NCBI RefSeq assembly: GCF_006345805.1
Contig: NC_042998.1
Span: forward strand, 26,722,001-26,786,000
Direction of reading: 5' to 3'
Length of the DNA: 64,000 bases
DNA from: Octopus sinensis
Taxonomy: Eukaryota
The translations under genes and the position numbers were made by a program. The stretch's first letter is position 1; every line of letters begins with the position of its first letter. Shown in pieces: positions 25,346-37,901 of the stretch. A model generated the notes under the pieces. That model saw nothing but the letters and a program-made list of their open reading frames with translations, was not told the origin of the DNA and made no database searches.

Positions 25346-27886
25346 ATGTCCAATGATGATATACATGTGGAATGGCCTGGGGGGCAGATGCTCCCAGGGA
25401 TGACACACCATCAGCAGGCACAGGTGGAGTCCCTGCTCCATCTCACAAATACCTCTTTCATGGAGCAAATAGTTCTGCAACCAACAAGGGCAGATAATAT
25501 ACTGGATCTCTGCTTTACAAACAATATGGATATTATCCATAATGTTAATGTGATGCCGACAATGATCTCGGATCACAACATAATAGAGCTGTCTATGTAT
25601 GGAACAAAAGCCCCCGCAGACACACAGCCTATACGAAGCACCCACCATCTCTCCAACTTAAACTTTCATAAAGCCAACTGGAAGTCGATTGAGAAAGAGA
25701 TCCTCAAACAGGATTGGCCTGAATGTCTCTCCACACCGGACATAAACATGAAACACAAACACTTCATGTCCATAATACAAGCCATATGTGACAAATATGT
25801 CCCAATGTGCAGGGCCAGCACACACAAGAATAAAAACAGGATCCCTAGAGAAAGGAGGATTCTTATGAGACGACGGACAAGGATTGCAAACCGCCTGAGC
25901 AAGCACACCAAAAGTGGTGAGAAGTCTCGGCTCGAAAGAATGCTAATGGAAACTGAGAAAAGTCTACATCAGTCCCATGAAAAGGAGAGAGCAGATAAAG
26001 AAGCTTGGGTAATAGAAAATATAAAATCAAACCCTAAAGCTTTCTTTAAGTTTGCCAAAGAGACAGCCACAGTGCACCAGAGAATAGGACCCCTCTTCCA
26101 AAAAGATGGCTCTATCACAGGAAATCCCACGAGGATAAGTGAAATACTGAACGAACAGTTCCAAAGTGTGTTCACTACACCTCTAGGACACAGGCAAGTA
26201 AACAACCCAGAAGAATTCTTTGCCACTTTACCAGCGGCCAAAGAGACAAAAATTGAGTACATCAACATCGAAGAAGATGATATCACACTAGCCATTGATG
26301 AGATTGACACAAACTCAGCTGCTGGACCTGATGGATTCCCAGCGATCCTTCTCAAATCGTGCAAACGAGCCCTTGCAAAACCGCTACAGCTTCTTTTTCA
26401 GAGCTTTCTTGCAAGTGGTAAGCTCCCAGTCAAACTGAAAGAGGGGGTAATATGCCCTATCCATAAGGGAGGTAGCAGAGCAGATGCTAAAAATTATAGG
26501 CCTATCTCTCTGACCTCACACATCAGCAAAGTCATGGAACGAATAGTCCGTAAGAAACTAATCATGTTCCTTGAAGAAAATGACTTACTGTCTGACACCC
26601 AGCATGGATTTCGACCAGGTAGAGGCTGCCTAACACAGCTCCTGCAACACTATGACTGGGTGTTGAAACAGCTACTAAATGGCTCAAATGTGGATGTAAT
26701 ATATCTTGACTTTGCAAAAGCCTTTGATAAAGTCGACCATGGTATGATCTGTCACAAACTGCGTGGTCTCGGCATAGGCGGGAAACTTGGAGAGTGGCTG
26801 CACAACTTCCTAAAAGACAGAAAACAGGCAGTTGTGAGCAATGGAGCCACCTCCAGGGAAACGCAAATAACAAGCGGTGTCCCACAGGGCACTGTCTTGG
26901 GGCCACTGATGTTCATAGTGGCCCTTTCAGACATGCCTTCAGTTGCTACGATGACCACCCTTGCTAGCTATGCAGATGACACAAAGGTCTCCCACGCAAT
27001 ACAGAACCCTGAAAATATTGCGCATCTGCAACATGAGCTGGACACAATATACAGGTGGGCTGAGGACAACAACATGCAGTTTAATGCAGGTAAGTTCCAG
27101 GCCCTGCGCTACTGGCACACAAAGGTAAATGACGTGAAGACTGGATACACTGGCCCAGGAAGAATTGCAATCCCTGAGTCAAAATCAGTGCGTGACCTGG
27201 GCATTGACATGAGCAATGATGCATCTTTCCAAATGCATATTGCTAATCTGGTGATAAAATGCAGACGGCTAGCTGGATGGATTCTCCGAACTTTCAGAAC
27301 AAGAGAGAAGGAGACACTGATGGTCCTATGGAAAACATTTGTCCTCAGCCGCTTGGACTACTGCTCCCAACTTTGGTCACCACACAATATAAAACAAACA
27401 GCAGAACTCGAAGCAACTCAGAGAAGCTACACAAAGAAAATCGTCTCAATGCAAAATGTCAGCTACTGGGAAAGACTGAAGGTATTAAACCTCTTCTCCC
27501 TGGAGCGGAGGCGGGAGAGATATGCAGTAATATACATCTGGAAAATCCTGGAGGGTCTTATCCCAAACTTTGGCATTCAAAGTTACTCCAACCGCAGAAC
27601 GGGGCGCCGCTGCGTGGTGCCAAGGATTCCAACATCACCATCAAAATACAGGTCCAGATACTGCAACAGCTTGGGTTTCAGAGGACCACAGCTTTTCAAC
27701 ATCCTCCCTAAATGCCTGAGAGACTTACATGGTGTGGATGTGGGTTTCTTTAAAACTAAACTGGATCTCTTCTTGTTGGGAGTCCCAGATGAACCTACCT
27801 CACGACAGGAGACACGGATGCGGGCAGCAGCATCGAACTCCCTTGTTGATCAAGTGCCACGTATCAGAGGTGGATTCACAAACTAG
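25346..27886 (+). CDS. LINE ORF2: C-terminal end of APE endonuclease plus complete RT (5'-truncated; the ATG is probably not the native start)
   Basis: PTR..NILDLCFTN, SDHNII (EN end); [52 protein letters not shown]. Confidence 0.95.
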   Translation: MSNDDIHVEWPGGQMLPGMTHHQQAQVESLLHLTNTSFMEQIVLQPTRADNILDLCFTNNMDIIHNVNVMPTMISDHNIIELSMYGTKAPADTQPIRSTHHLSNLNFHKANWKSIEKEILKQDWPECLSTPDINMKHKHFMSIIQAICDKYVPMCRASTHKNKNRIPRERRILMRRRTRIANRLSKHTKSGEKSRLERMLMETEKSLHQSHEKERADKEAWVIENIKSNPKAFFKFAKETATVHQRIGPLFQKDGSITGNPTRISEILNEQFQSVFTTPLGHRQVNNPEEFFATLPAAKETKIEYINIEEDDITLAIDEIDTNSAAGPDGFPAILLKSCKRALAKPLQLLFQSFLASGKLPVKLKEGVICPIHKGGSRADAKNYRPISLTSHISKVMERIVRKKLIMFLEENDLLSDTQHGFRPGRGCLTQLLQHYDWVLKQLLNGSNVDVIYLDFAKAFDKVDHGMICHKLRGLGIGGKLGEWLHNFLKDRKQAVVSNGATSRETQITSGVPQGTVLGPLMFIVALSDMPSVATMTTLASYADDTKVSHAIQNPENIAHLQHELDTIYRWAEDNNMQFNAGKFQALRYWHTKVNDVKTGYTGPGRIAIPESKSVRDLGIDMSNDASFQMHIANLVIKCRRLAGWILRTFRTREKETLMVLWKTFVLSRLDYCSQLWSPHNIKQTAELEATQRSYTKKIVSMQNVSYWERLKVLNLFSLERRRERYAVIYIWKILEGLIPNFGIQSYSNRRTGRRCVVPRIPTSPSKYRSRYCNSLGFRGPQLFNILPKCLRDLHGVDVGFFKTKLDLFLLGVPDEPTSRQETRMRAAASNSLVDQVPRIRGGFTN

Positions 27887-27968
27887 TGTGGCTCATTCAG
27901 CGGTGGTGCCCCAGCATGGCCGCGGCCTTCGGGCTAAAACATTTTTAAGGATTTAAGGATTTAAGGAT
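25346..27968 (+). mobile_element. Young 5'-truncated CR1/L2-group LINE with (AAGGATTT)n tail
   Basis: Unbroken ORF, short 3' UTR with hairpins, tandem 8-mer tail. Confidence 0.97.
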
Positions 27969-28066
27969 ATGTATATATATATATATATATATATTTATAA
28001 TGTAAATACATATATATATATATATATATTTATAATGTAAATATATATATGTACATATATACATCA

Positions 28067-28220
28067 TCATCATCATCATCGTTTAACGTCCGCTTTCCAT
28101 GCTAGCATGGGTTGGACGGTTCAACTGGGGTCTGGCAAGCCCGAAGGCTGCACCAGGCCAGTCAGATCTGGCAGTGTTTCTACAGCTGGATGCCCTTCCT
28201 AACGCCAACCACTCCGAGAG
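28067..28220 (-). mobile_element. RTE-tail repeat family C, 5'-truncated
   Basis: (CAT)n GTTTAACGTCCGCTTTCCATGCTAGCATGGG... Confidence 0.85.
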
Positions 28221-28730
28221 TATAATGTAAATACATATATGTACATATAATGTAAATATATATATGTACATATATACGTACATAATGTAAACATATATAT
28301 GTACATATATACATACATAATGTAAATATATATATGTACATATATACATACATAATGTAAATATATATATGTACATATATACATACATAATGTAAATATA
28401 TATATGTACATATATACATACATAATGTAAATATATATATGTACATATATACATACATAATGTAAATATATATATATGTACATATATACATACATAATGT
28501 AAATATATATATGTACATATATACATACATAATGTAAATATATATATGTACATATATACATACATAATGTAAATATATATATGTACATATATACATACAT
28601 AATGTAAATATATATATGTACATATATACATACATAATGTAAATATATATATGTACATATATACATACATAATGTAATATATATAGTACATATATACATA
28701 CATAATGTAAATATATATATGTACATATAT
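28221..28730. repeat. 35-bp minisatellite, about 14 units
   Basis: Unit TGTAAATATATATATGTACATATATACATACATAA. Confidence 0.92.
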
Positions 28731-29648
28731 ACATACATATATATATATATATGTATACGTGTATATGTATCTATATATACATATGTATATATAAAACATG
28801 TATATAAATACATACACAGACACACACACACACAAATATACATACATATATGTGTGTGTGTATGCATATATATATATATACATACACACACACATATACA
28901 ATACATATAAACACACACACACACACACACGCATATATAATAATACATGTAATGCATGCTTATATTAAAGCTTGAGCCGATTAGATTGTCTCTCTGCTTT
29001 ATGCTCATTTTATTTGATAACACTCTAAGCTGGTGCCTCAAGAATTCTTCTCCAGTGACTCACTTCCCTGTTTTGTTAACTATCATGGGTGCATCCCTCC
29101 TCCCTGCAATGATTCAAGATAAAACAATAAGTTTCATTGAATCCGTCTTTCTACATCCTGAATGCGTTTTCCAGCCGACCTGCTTTCATGCAGTTTTTTA
29201 ATATAAGTTTCTATTTTAGTACTTTGTTCCTGCCTTACCATTTTCGACAATAAAAATTTCTGCACCTAACCTGTCATCATTCTATATTATTTTGGAGAAA
29301 TAAAACTGTGATGACAACCATCCTAATTATATCACAGAGTGAAAGAAGTCTTTATCATTACTATTATTATTATTATTATTATTTTTTTTTTTTTCCCTTC
29401 TTTCTTCAAATTTCTTTCCATTTCCCGCTGAGTGTTTTCCGTACACCTAAGGCAAAGAAGCTCATTGTATGCATTCCCAGATTACACACGCAAATTCACA
29501 GGTAAAAATATGTATTTAAAAAAATGAATAAATAAATAAATCCATGAATGGAAGTTGTTTTCACAGCGATAATGCTCTTCTCAGTACGAGTCATTCCAGT
29601 TATATTATTATTCGCTTTATCATCATCATCATCATCATTATTATCATT

Positions 29649-29680
<32 letters not shown>

Positions 29681-29807
29681 CATTATTATTATTATTATTA
29701 TTATTAAGGTAGGTGAGCTGGCAGAATCATTAGCATGCTAGGTGAAATGCTTAACGGTACTTTTGTGCAGGTCATTCGGCAAAAGCCAGGAAAGTCCATG
29801 TCATTAT

Positions 29808-30062
29808 TATTTAAGACACCACACAGTATCCAATATCATGATGTTGCTGATTGAAGATATCGTGTCTACTGGGGGTTTATACAGTCTGTCAAGACACAAC
29901 AAAGACCTCAGACAGACAATGCTTTATACAACATGTGTGCTGTTCCAAATAATGCTGACTTTTGCAATACACCTAGATTGTAGGATATTTCTAAAGTTTC
30001 CAGGTATTTCTTCAGGTTGGGTGGTACTGAACTCAATGCTCTGATGACAATAGGGACAACCT
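29808..30062 (-). mobile_element. R4/Dong-like REL non-LTR 3' fragment beside (TAA)n
   Basis: VVPIVIRALSSVPPNLKKYLETLEISYNLGVLQKSALFGTAHMLYKALSV* (30061-29908). Confidence 0.8.
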
Positions 30063-30090
30063 TTTATTATTATTATTATAATTATTATTA

Positions 30091-30129
<39 letters not shown>

Positions 30130-32627
30130 TATTTCGTCTGCTGCCATACTCTAAGTTCAAATTCCACAGGGATTGACTTTGCCTTTCATCCTTTTGGGTT
30201 TGACTAAATAAGTACCAGTTGAACACTGGAGTTGATATAATTGACTTATTCCCTCACTGAAAATTACTGCCCTTATGGCAGAATTTGAAACCATTATTAT
30301 TATTATTATTATTATCATTAAGGCTAGCTGAAAAAATCCTACTGCTTCAGTGAAAATGCTTTGCTGTATTTGTCGTTACATTTTAGATTCAAAGTTCAAA
30401 ACCTGCCAAGATCAATCTTTACCTTTTAACCTTTTGGGGGTCAAATGAAATAACACTTAAGTGCTGACTAATCACAACCCTCAAATTTGCTGGTTTTGTG
30501 CCTAAACTAAGAACTATTATCATTATTTTAAATAATTTTATTTCCTTTACAGATAACATCTGAAAAAAAATAATGCTTTATCATTATCAATAAAAATATA
30601 TATGCATCATTTCTATTTCAATACTGATATTCTTTAGAATGCTGACTTCAATTCAAAGTGGTAATTCTGACTACGAAATAATAAGAAGGATTATAATAAA
30701 GAATATGTTGTATAAACAGTCTCATACATTTAGTTAGAAATCCATCAAGAGAGAAAGGCTTCTTTCTACCTCTCGCTAGCTGCACTGCATAATCAATACA
30801 TTCATCACCAGGAGAACGTATCAATACACCTGACAGTATAAACAAGCTTACTCTATCAATCACAGTGGAACAATAAGAAGCATCCATTCCTTGATAACCT
30901 CAAAGAAAAACATTGAATCTGTTCTGACATAACTATTTTTAGAAAGCTATGGCAACTTGTTAGTGTATGCATTACCACTTGCAAGCTTTAAGGAAGGGAA
31001 TAAATAAAGAGACTTATGCTATATGTATAATATATTCGTAAATATTGAAATCCAAAACAAAATTAAAACATAACAAGGCAAGTTCAAGAACATTTTGTTT
31101 CTTAATAACTCATTTGTCTTTGTCAAGCTGCCAAATACTTTTATATTCATCATAAAAATAAAAATCTAGGTTGATAAAATAACATTCAATGAAAACATAA
31201 ATAAAATATATTTTTCAATTATAACTCATACCTTAAAAATAGACTTGCATATATGTGTGAGGGTGTGTGTAAATACGTGTGTCATATATGTTTCTATTTT
31301 CGTATATAATTTCTATAAACCCTTTTAGATGTACTGCCATAAAATTCAATTGGAACTTTTTTTTTTTTATAGACACATTTTTCTTCACTTCCTGTAACTT
31401 GAGTAGTAAGCATTGATCAGGCTATTAACCTCTCAACTTTTGTGTTTATGAACAGATGCTGTTCTCGTGATGTGATGGGTATTTTTCACAGGGGCATATT
31501 TTAGGTCGACTGCTTCTTATTTTGTAAGCAAGCAACTTATTCAGGACATATGCTGTAGATATCTAATGATACATTTCCTAATACTTCAGAGATAGAGAGA
31601 TTTGTAATTTACTTAGAAAGCTGTGTCACCAAAGTTATGACAGATAAATGTTTTCATACCCACTTTTGTACATTGTATTAGCACATTAAATGCAAGTTCA
31701 TTATTATTATATTTTTCTAGCTCCAAGCCAAATTATAAAATTATATACACAATTTATAGGATCCCAAGTAGTTTACTGCCAAAGAATTTAGGTGACATTG
31801 ATATATCTAAAAATGTGGTTGTCAATCTGAGGTCTGTGGACTCTGGGGGTGCAGAAAGGTCTGTAAGCAGCGGTGCAGTGTAAAATATATAATTACTCAC
31901 ATACATATTATTATTAAGTTACATATATATCTTTCAAAAGAGAGGTGAAGGTAGAAATATGAATTTTTTTGATTAGTAAAAGCAGGTTATTGAGGAGACA
32001 GATCTTTTGAAAGTCTGGGGCTCATGGGAAAATTCATTTACATAAAAGAAATCCTTAGTAGTAATATAAACCAGACTGTAGTTTTAATAAAGCACTATTT
32101 AGCTAGCTGCTGAGTCTGAGAGATATGAAGAAAATGGTATAGAAGAAAACAAATATTTTGATAAGATTTTTCATCAGTCAAAGAGTATACATTATCATTA
32201 TATGCCTCTATAGCAACTTTGTGAGGTTGTCTGAAGACCAGGCTCTGCCAAATTTAGCAATATTTACCCCTGACTGAGATAAGATAGTGTAATTTACTGG
32301 TATACATTAAAGAAGCTTTTCCAAGGAACACGAAGATAAATTTAAAATATCTTGATCTTGATTAGCAATGTTATTGACTCTATACATAATTTTTACACTA
32401 ATTTATACCTATGTTAACAAATATATCAGAGGTGACGGCATATTGGGCACATCCTGTCTTCAGCAATTAAGAGAATGATCATACTGTACAACACTAACAA
32501 CCCCAGAACCATGACTTCCTTAATCATATCTTTTAGTATTACCATTCTTTCAATATCTGTTTTTCGATTCTAACAAACCACCCAACCCATGCCAGCATGG
32601 AATAGAGACATTAAAAGAAGCAAGAGC

Positions 32628-32772
32628 AGCAGCAGCAGAAGAAGAAGAAGAAGAAGAAGAAGAAGAAGAAGAAGAAGAAGAAGAAGAAGAAGAAGAAGAA
32701 AAGAAGAAGAAGAAGAGAAGAAGAAGAAGAAGAAGAAGAAGAAGAAGAAGATGATGATGATGATGATGATGA
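32628..32772 (+). repeat. (GCA)n-(GAA)n-(GAT)n compound trinucleotide repeat
   Basis: Directly visible. Confidence 0.95.
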
Positions 32773-33069
32773 TAAGGCTAGATATGTCTCCAATACAGCC
32801 TAAAGCCATCCTCTTCTGCATTCTCCTTGACTTTGCATCTTGCCAAATTTTCCTCAATGTGCTTCTCTCAAGGATGACTTCCACAGCCTTTGTGCTTCAT
32901 TTTTGTTTTGCCTTGTTTTTTAACCTGGCAGATGACATGGTACGATTATATCAACACTATCATTTCATCAAAACCTACTGGTTACTACCATTAATATGAA
33001 ACTTCTTTTCAAGCTCACATACATTTTGTTTTCTATTAGTTACTTAGAAAGTGAGAGACAGCACCGGTA

Positions 33070-33392
33070 GTGGAGGTGCAATGGCCCAGTGGTTAGGGCA
33101 GCGGACACGCGGTCGGAGGATCGCGCTTTCAATTCCCAGACCGGGTGTTGTGTGTGTTTATTGAGCGAAAACATCTAAAGCTCCACGAGGCTCCAGCAGG
33201 GGGTGGTGGCGACCCCTGTTGTACTCTTTCATTCCAACTTTCTCTCACTCTTTCTTCCTGTTTCTTGTCCCCGACTTCCTACGGAACCGCTGAGCCTGGA
33301 TGTGCATTCATCCATCCGCCGATGCTCTCAGTGTCGGGGGTTGACCTGCTTTCTCTTCTGCAGGTCTTACGAATAGCAAAGGACCCCGTTTC
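33070..33392 (+). mobile_element. tRNA-derived SINE family D, alternative tail
   Basis: GTGGAGGTGCAATGGCCCAGTGGTTAGGGCAGCGG..TTCAATTCCCAG; 5' 180 bp shared with 48652 and 43520. Confidence 0.8.
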
Positions 33393-34427
33393 AGACTTCT
33401 CCCACTCTGGGACGAAGACCACTTCACTCAACAGTTAGATTATTCAGACCATTCCTCAGTAACCACTGCCAGTTTTTCCAGAATCAATGCCCAAGTCTTA
33501 CTACAATATCATAACACACTTCTTATTCATACTTATACACACAAGCATTTAGTTGCCAACAGAAGTTACAGATCTTTCTTCCACCCACTTCTTACTCAAG
33601 CACAAATTATGTCACCTTGATAGGAAAAAAAAAAGTTTAACATACATCAACTTAAATTCCTGAATTCTCCTAGGATTGCCAGGATTGCTCCATTAGCCTG
33701 AATGCTTTTTATTTTTATGACAGATATATATTAATCAAAAAGTTTAGCCTGAATATAAGTTATAGAAAAATAAGACAATTCAAATTCTAAATACAATGTG
33801 AAATTTGGCCTGGCAATGTACCAGAAGCATTTTTGTTTTGAACTGTTTTACGGGGGTTGGTTATATTAATTTATTTCACTCTGGTGCTTGTTATATAACT
33901 CTCTCTATTTGTTGACCCATAAGATCCAGGAAAAAAAGGGACACAGCGTACATGGCTGAAACATATACATACACAATCTACAAGCACACACACACATATA
34001 TCTCTTACTCTTTACTCCTTTACTCTTTTACTTGTTTCAGTCATTTGACTGCAGCCATGCTGGAGAACCGCCTTTAGTTGAGCAAATCGACCCCAGGACT
34101 TATTCATTGTAAGCCTAGTATTTATTCTATCGGTTTCTTTTGCCAAACCTCTAAGTTACAGGGATGTAAACACACCAGCATCGGTTGTCAAGCAATGTTG
34201 GGGGAACAAACATATACACACACATGCATACATATATACATATATATGATGGGCTTCTTTCAGTTTGCGTCTACCAAATCCACTAACAGCTAAGTAGATT
34301 AAAGCAACATGAAATAAAGTGTCTTGCTCAAAGACACAATACACCACCAGGAATTGAACTCATGACCTTATGATTGTGAGCCAAATACCCAAACCGCTCA
34401 GCCACTAATGTTCCACCTAATCCACTA

Positions 34428-34800
34428 CCCTAAGACCTTAACTAGAAAAACGACGATGCCGTGGTGATCTCATTCTTTCTCACAACATCATAAGCGGAAA
34501 CTGTTATCTCTCGAAAGAGCTGTTCTTCACTCCTGCTCCAGAGCGTAGACTGCGGGATCATTCCGAAAAGCTCTATCTGCGACAATTTCATCTCAATCGA
34601 AGGAGAGGGGCTTTCTCTGTCCAGGTTGCGGATCCGTGGAATAAGCTGCTGGACGAGATAGTGAAGATGCTGACGACCGCTCGGTTCAAAGTCTCTCTTG
34701 ACCAGAAATGGCCTGAACTCTTTGCATGAACAACCCTGTACATAACTCCATATACCCCCTACATGGCCTTGCTTTTTGCTTTTTGAGCCAAAAAATTAAC
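34428..34800 (+). mobile_element. CR1-clade LINE 3' fragment (distinct family)
   Basis: LEKRRCRGDLILSHNIISG..RLRDHSEKL..AFSVQVADPWNKL..FKVSLDQKWPELFA*. Confidence 0.85.
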
Positions 34801-34831
34801 TTAAATACGGACATAATAAATTAAGCAACTA

Positions 34832-35052
34832 TATGAAGAGATGCTGCAAGGTACCTGGCTTTGGGTAAAAGAAAACACAGGAGGGTGAGATAATTATGAT
34901 TTTATTCAACATATTCCCCTCTCAGATTCACAAACTTATTGCAGTGGTCCTTCAGTTTTTCTAAGCCCTGTAAAAGAACTCGGAAGGTTGAGCCTCCAGC
35001 CAGGCCTTTCACAATACCCTTAAAGCCAGGAACTTTTCAGCACTTCCTCATA
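34832..35052 (-). mobile_element. Internally deleted mariner (MITE)
   Basis: Imperfect TIRs with TA ends; reverse complement encodes ..KLKDHCNKFVNLRGEYVE*, a mariner-type C-terminus. Confidence 0.75.
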
Positions 35053-35624
35053 AAAGCATTGTAGTTTTACAGACTCCTACTTTCATTTTTAGATATGAAG
35101 CACTTCTTATTTTTTTTTATATCTATACGGTTTCAGCCTGTTTGGCTTGTGATTGTCACCAGGTGATTTATTCTTTGATATGTACATAACACTGAAGTGA
35201 ATTTGAACTCGGAACCTTTGTCTCTAAACTAAGACAAGTAATAAATACTGGACTAAGACATGTAATAATGAATAGAAATAAAACTGATTGAAAGGTAGTG
35301 TGAATGTAAATACTAAAAAAAAAACAACTCTCATCTCTAATGACGAAGTTAATAGGCTAAAAAGAAATTATAATATTACAGGCACTAACACATCGTTGAC
35401 ATTTAGACATTTAATTAATTATAACATTAAAATTATTTTCAATTATAACATTAACGCAATTTTCAATTAATTTTTTATTAAGCTCACCAAATTCTAGCAA
35501 AATAAGAAATAAATTTATAATATAAACGAAGTACTTAATAAATTTTCTCAAAACGAGGTCATAGGTTAGAAAATCAAAGAGACTATACGGTCCTTGATAG
35601 TAATTTCTAGTCTACAGCTTCAAT

Positions 35625-36015
35625 CTCTTTTACTCTTTTACTTGTTTCAGTCATTTGACTGTGGCCATACTGGAGCACCACCTTTAGTCGACCAAATCGA
35701 CCCCAGGACTTATTCTTTGTAAGCCTAGTACTTATTCCATCAGTCTCTTTTGCCGAACCGCTAAATTACAGGAACGTAAACTCACCAGCATCAGTTGTCA
35801 AGCGATGTTGCAGGGACAAACACACACACACACACACACATATATACATACATATGATGGGCTTCTTTCAGTTTCCGTCTACCAAATCCACTCACAAGGC
35901 TTTGGTCAGCCCGAGGTTATAGTAGAAGACACTTGCCCAAGGTGCCACGCAGTGGGACTGAACCCGGAACCATGTGGTTGGTAAGCAAGCTACTTACCAC
36001 ACAGCCACTCCTGTG
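35625..36015 (-). mobile_element. SINE family A
   Basis: Full reverse copy. Confidence 0.88.
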
Positions 36016-36319
36016 CCTGTTAATTTTCAAGTCATACAAGTCAATCTGTTTTGCTTTCTCCAGTTACAACAGCATATCTTTAACACCATGTGTGTTTTGT
36101 GTTTGCAGGTGTAAGTGTGCCCACTAAAATTATGGTGTGAACCAGGGGGAGGGTCAATGAAGACACTTTGAACATTTACCTGAAAAATCTCATTGCCAAA
36201 ACGAATGAGCCTAGAAACATTTTTGGACTGATTTGAAACATTATTTTTCCATTATCAGATTTGATTGATGTACAATAATAATAATAATTATTATTATTAT
36301 TATTGAGACCCCCTTTGGT

Positions 36320-36630
36320 CATGACTGATCATGGGATTACACCTAGAAATTTACCCTCCCAGGCACAAGTCCGGGCAAGTTTGTTTATGGAAGACCAGCA
36401 GTCGCCCATGCATACTGGCCTCTCCTCTCCACGCCACCAGTGTTATCCAAGGGAAAGGTAACAGCAGATACAGCTTGGCACCAGTGACGTTGCAACTCAT
36501 TTCTACAGCTGAGTGAACAGGAGCAATGTGAAATAAAGTGTCTTGCTCAAGAACACAACACACAACTTGGTCCAGGATTCAAACTCACAACCTCACAATC
36601 ATAAGCTTGATGCTGTAACCACTGAGCCAC
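36320..36630 (-). mobile_element. tRNA-derived SINE family E
   Basis: Reverse complement GTGGCTCAGTGGTT..GTTTGAATCC..TTGTGTTCTTGAGCAAGACACTTTA; similar heads at 34290, 41340, 59775. Confidence 0.7.
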
Positions 36631-37438
36631 AATAATAATAATAATAATTATTATTATTATTATTCTGTCATCATCATACCTGTGTTTGTTATGATATCAA
36701 GGCTGGAAAAATCGACCTCGTTTATAAAATATTTTGTACCTGAATTTGCAACCCCGAAGTACATTTCGTTCCTGCACTTATGCTCAACACCATATTTCTT
36801 TACGTTCTGAGTTCAAATTCCGTCGAGATCGACTTTGCTTTTCATCCTTTCAGGGTCGATAAATTAAGTACCAGTTGCATACTAGTGTCGATCTAATCAA
36901 CTGGCCACCCCCACCCCCCAAAAAATTTGTGCCTGGAGTAGAAAAGAATATATATTTATGATTTTTGCTCTAAATATACCTCAGATGGTGTGTATAGATG
37001 GTTACCGGGAAAGTAGTGTTGACAAGAAATTACTGAACTGTAAACTTTTAAGCACACCTGGGGTTTTTTTTTATCTACTAATTGCACAGATAATCTCAGT
37101 GAATGTTTCCCAACTCACCATATTACATATGTGAGACACAACTGTATTTTTAACGGAATTAATCTTTCACCTCACTTTTATTCAGATTGAACCCTTCAGC
37201 ATTGAGACTGCTCTGTCATTAGTAATGTTTACTTATTAACAATGTTTTGAATTAATCATGAATTATCTAGTAGCTTAGAGATTCAGATGATGCGATTGCT
37301 TATATGACATTGTAGCATAGGTGTGAGAGGTCAGATCTGACATGTTTGAACATAAAACAGGTGGAATATTTGGGCTGGATATAGCTAAAAGGTTAAATCT
37401 AGTTAATGTCAATGAAATAGGCATTAGTAATGTTTTAA

Positions 37439-37659
37439 CCCTTTCATTACTGTATTCATTTTGAGATGCTCTGTGTCTCTTTCAATTACTATAAAAATAA
37501 CAAAGAATTCAGTAAAATAACTTAGTTATCATTAAGCTAGTGTAAGGAACATAAATTGTGACTAAGGTTTGGTGGAAGTTTTTAATTCAAAACGTATGAA
37601 AACAAAACATTTGTACTACAGAGCCAGAGACGGTTTCAGGCGGGTTGGTAACGAAAGGG
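37439..37659. mobile_element. TTAA MITE family 1, copy 1
   Basis: TTAA-CCCTTTCATTAC...GTAACGAAAGGG-TTAA. Confidence 0.85.
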
Positions 37660-37679
37660 TTAAATTAATCATTTGTTAA

Positions 37680-37901
37680 CCCTTTTGTTAACATATTTCT
37701 TTTGAAATGTTCTGTGTTTCTTTCAATTAATTTTAAATATAACAAAGAATTCAGTAAAATAACTTAGTTATCATTAAGCTAGTGTTAGGAACATAAATAT
37801 TGACTTAGGTTTGGTGGAAATTTTTAATTCAAAACGTATGAAAACTTGACATTTGTACTACAGAGCCAGAGACGGTTTCAGGCGGGTTGCTAACGAAAGG
37901 G
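37680..37901. mobile_element. TTAA MITE family 1, copy 2
   Basis: Direct near-duplicate of 37439-37659 with TTAA on both sides. Confidence 0.85.

Noticed and set aside
28221-28730. Regular repeat resembling a CRISPR array
   Set aside because: No unique spacers, no cas genes, eukaryotic context; a plain minisatellite
32410-32550. Minus-strand short ORF ending MCPICRHL
   Set aside because: Only one CxxC and no other RING ligands
32790-32900. Possible RTE 3' relic on the minus strand; similar at 33440-33620 and 62910-63010
   Set aside because: Too degenerate to support
33070-33145. tRNA-like sequences here and at 48652, 43730, 41390, 59775 and the SINE A/B heads
   Set aside because: They run into SINE bodies and lack a complete acceptor stem; not tRNA genes
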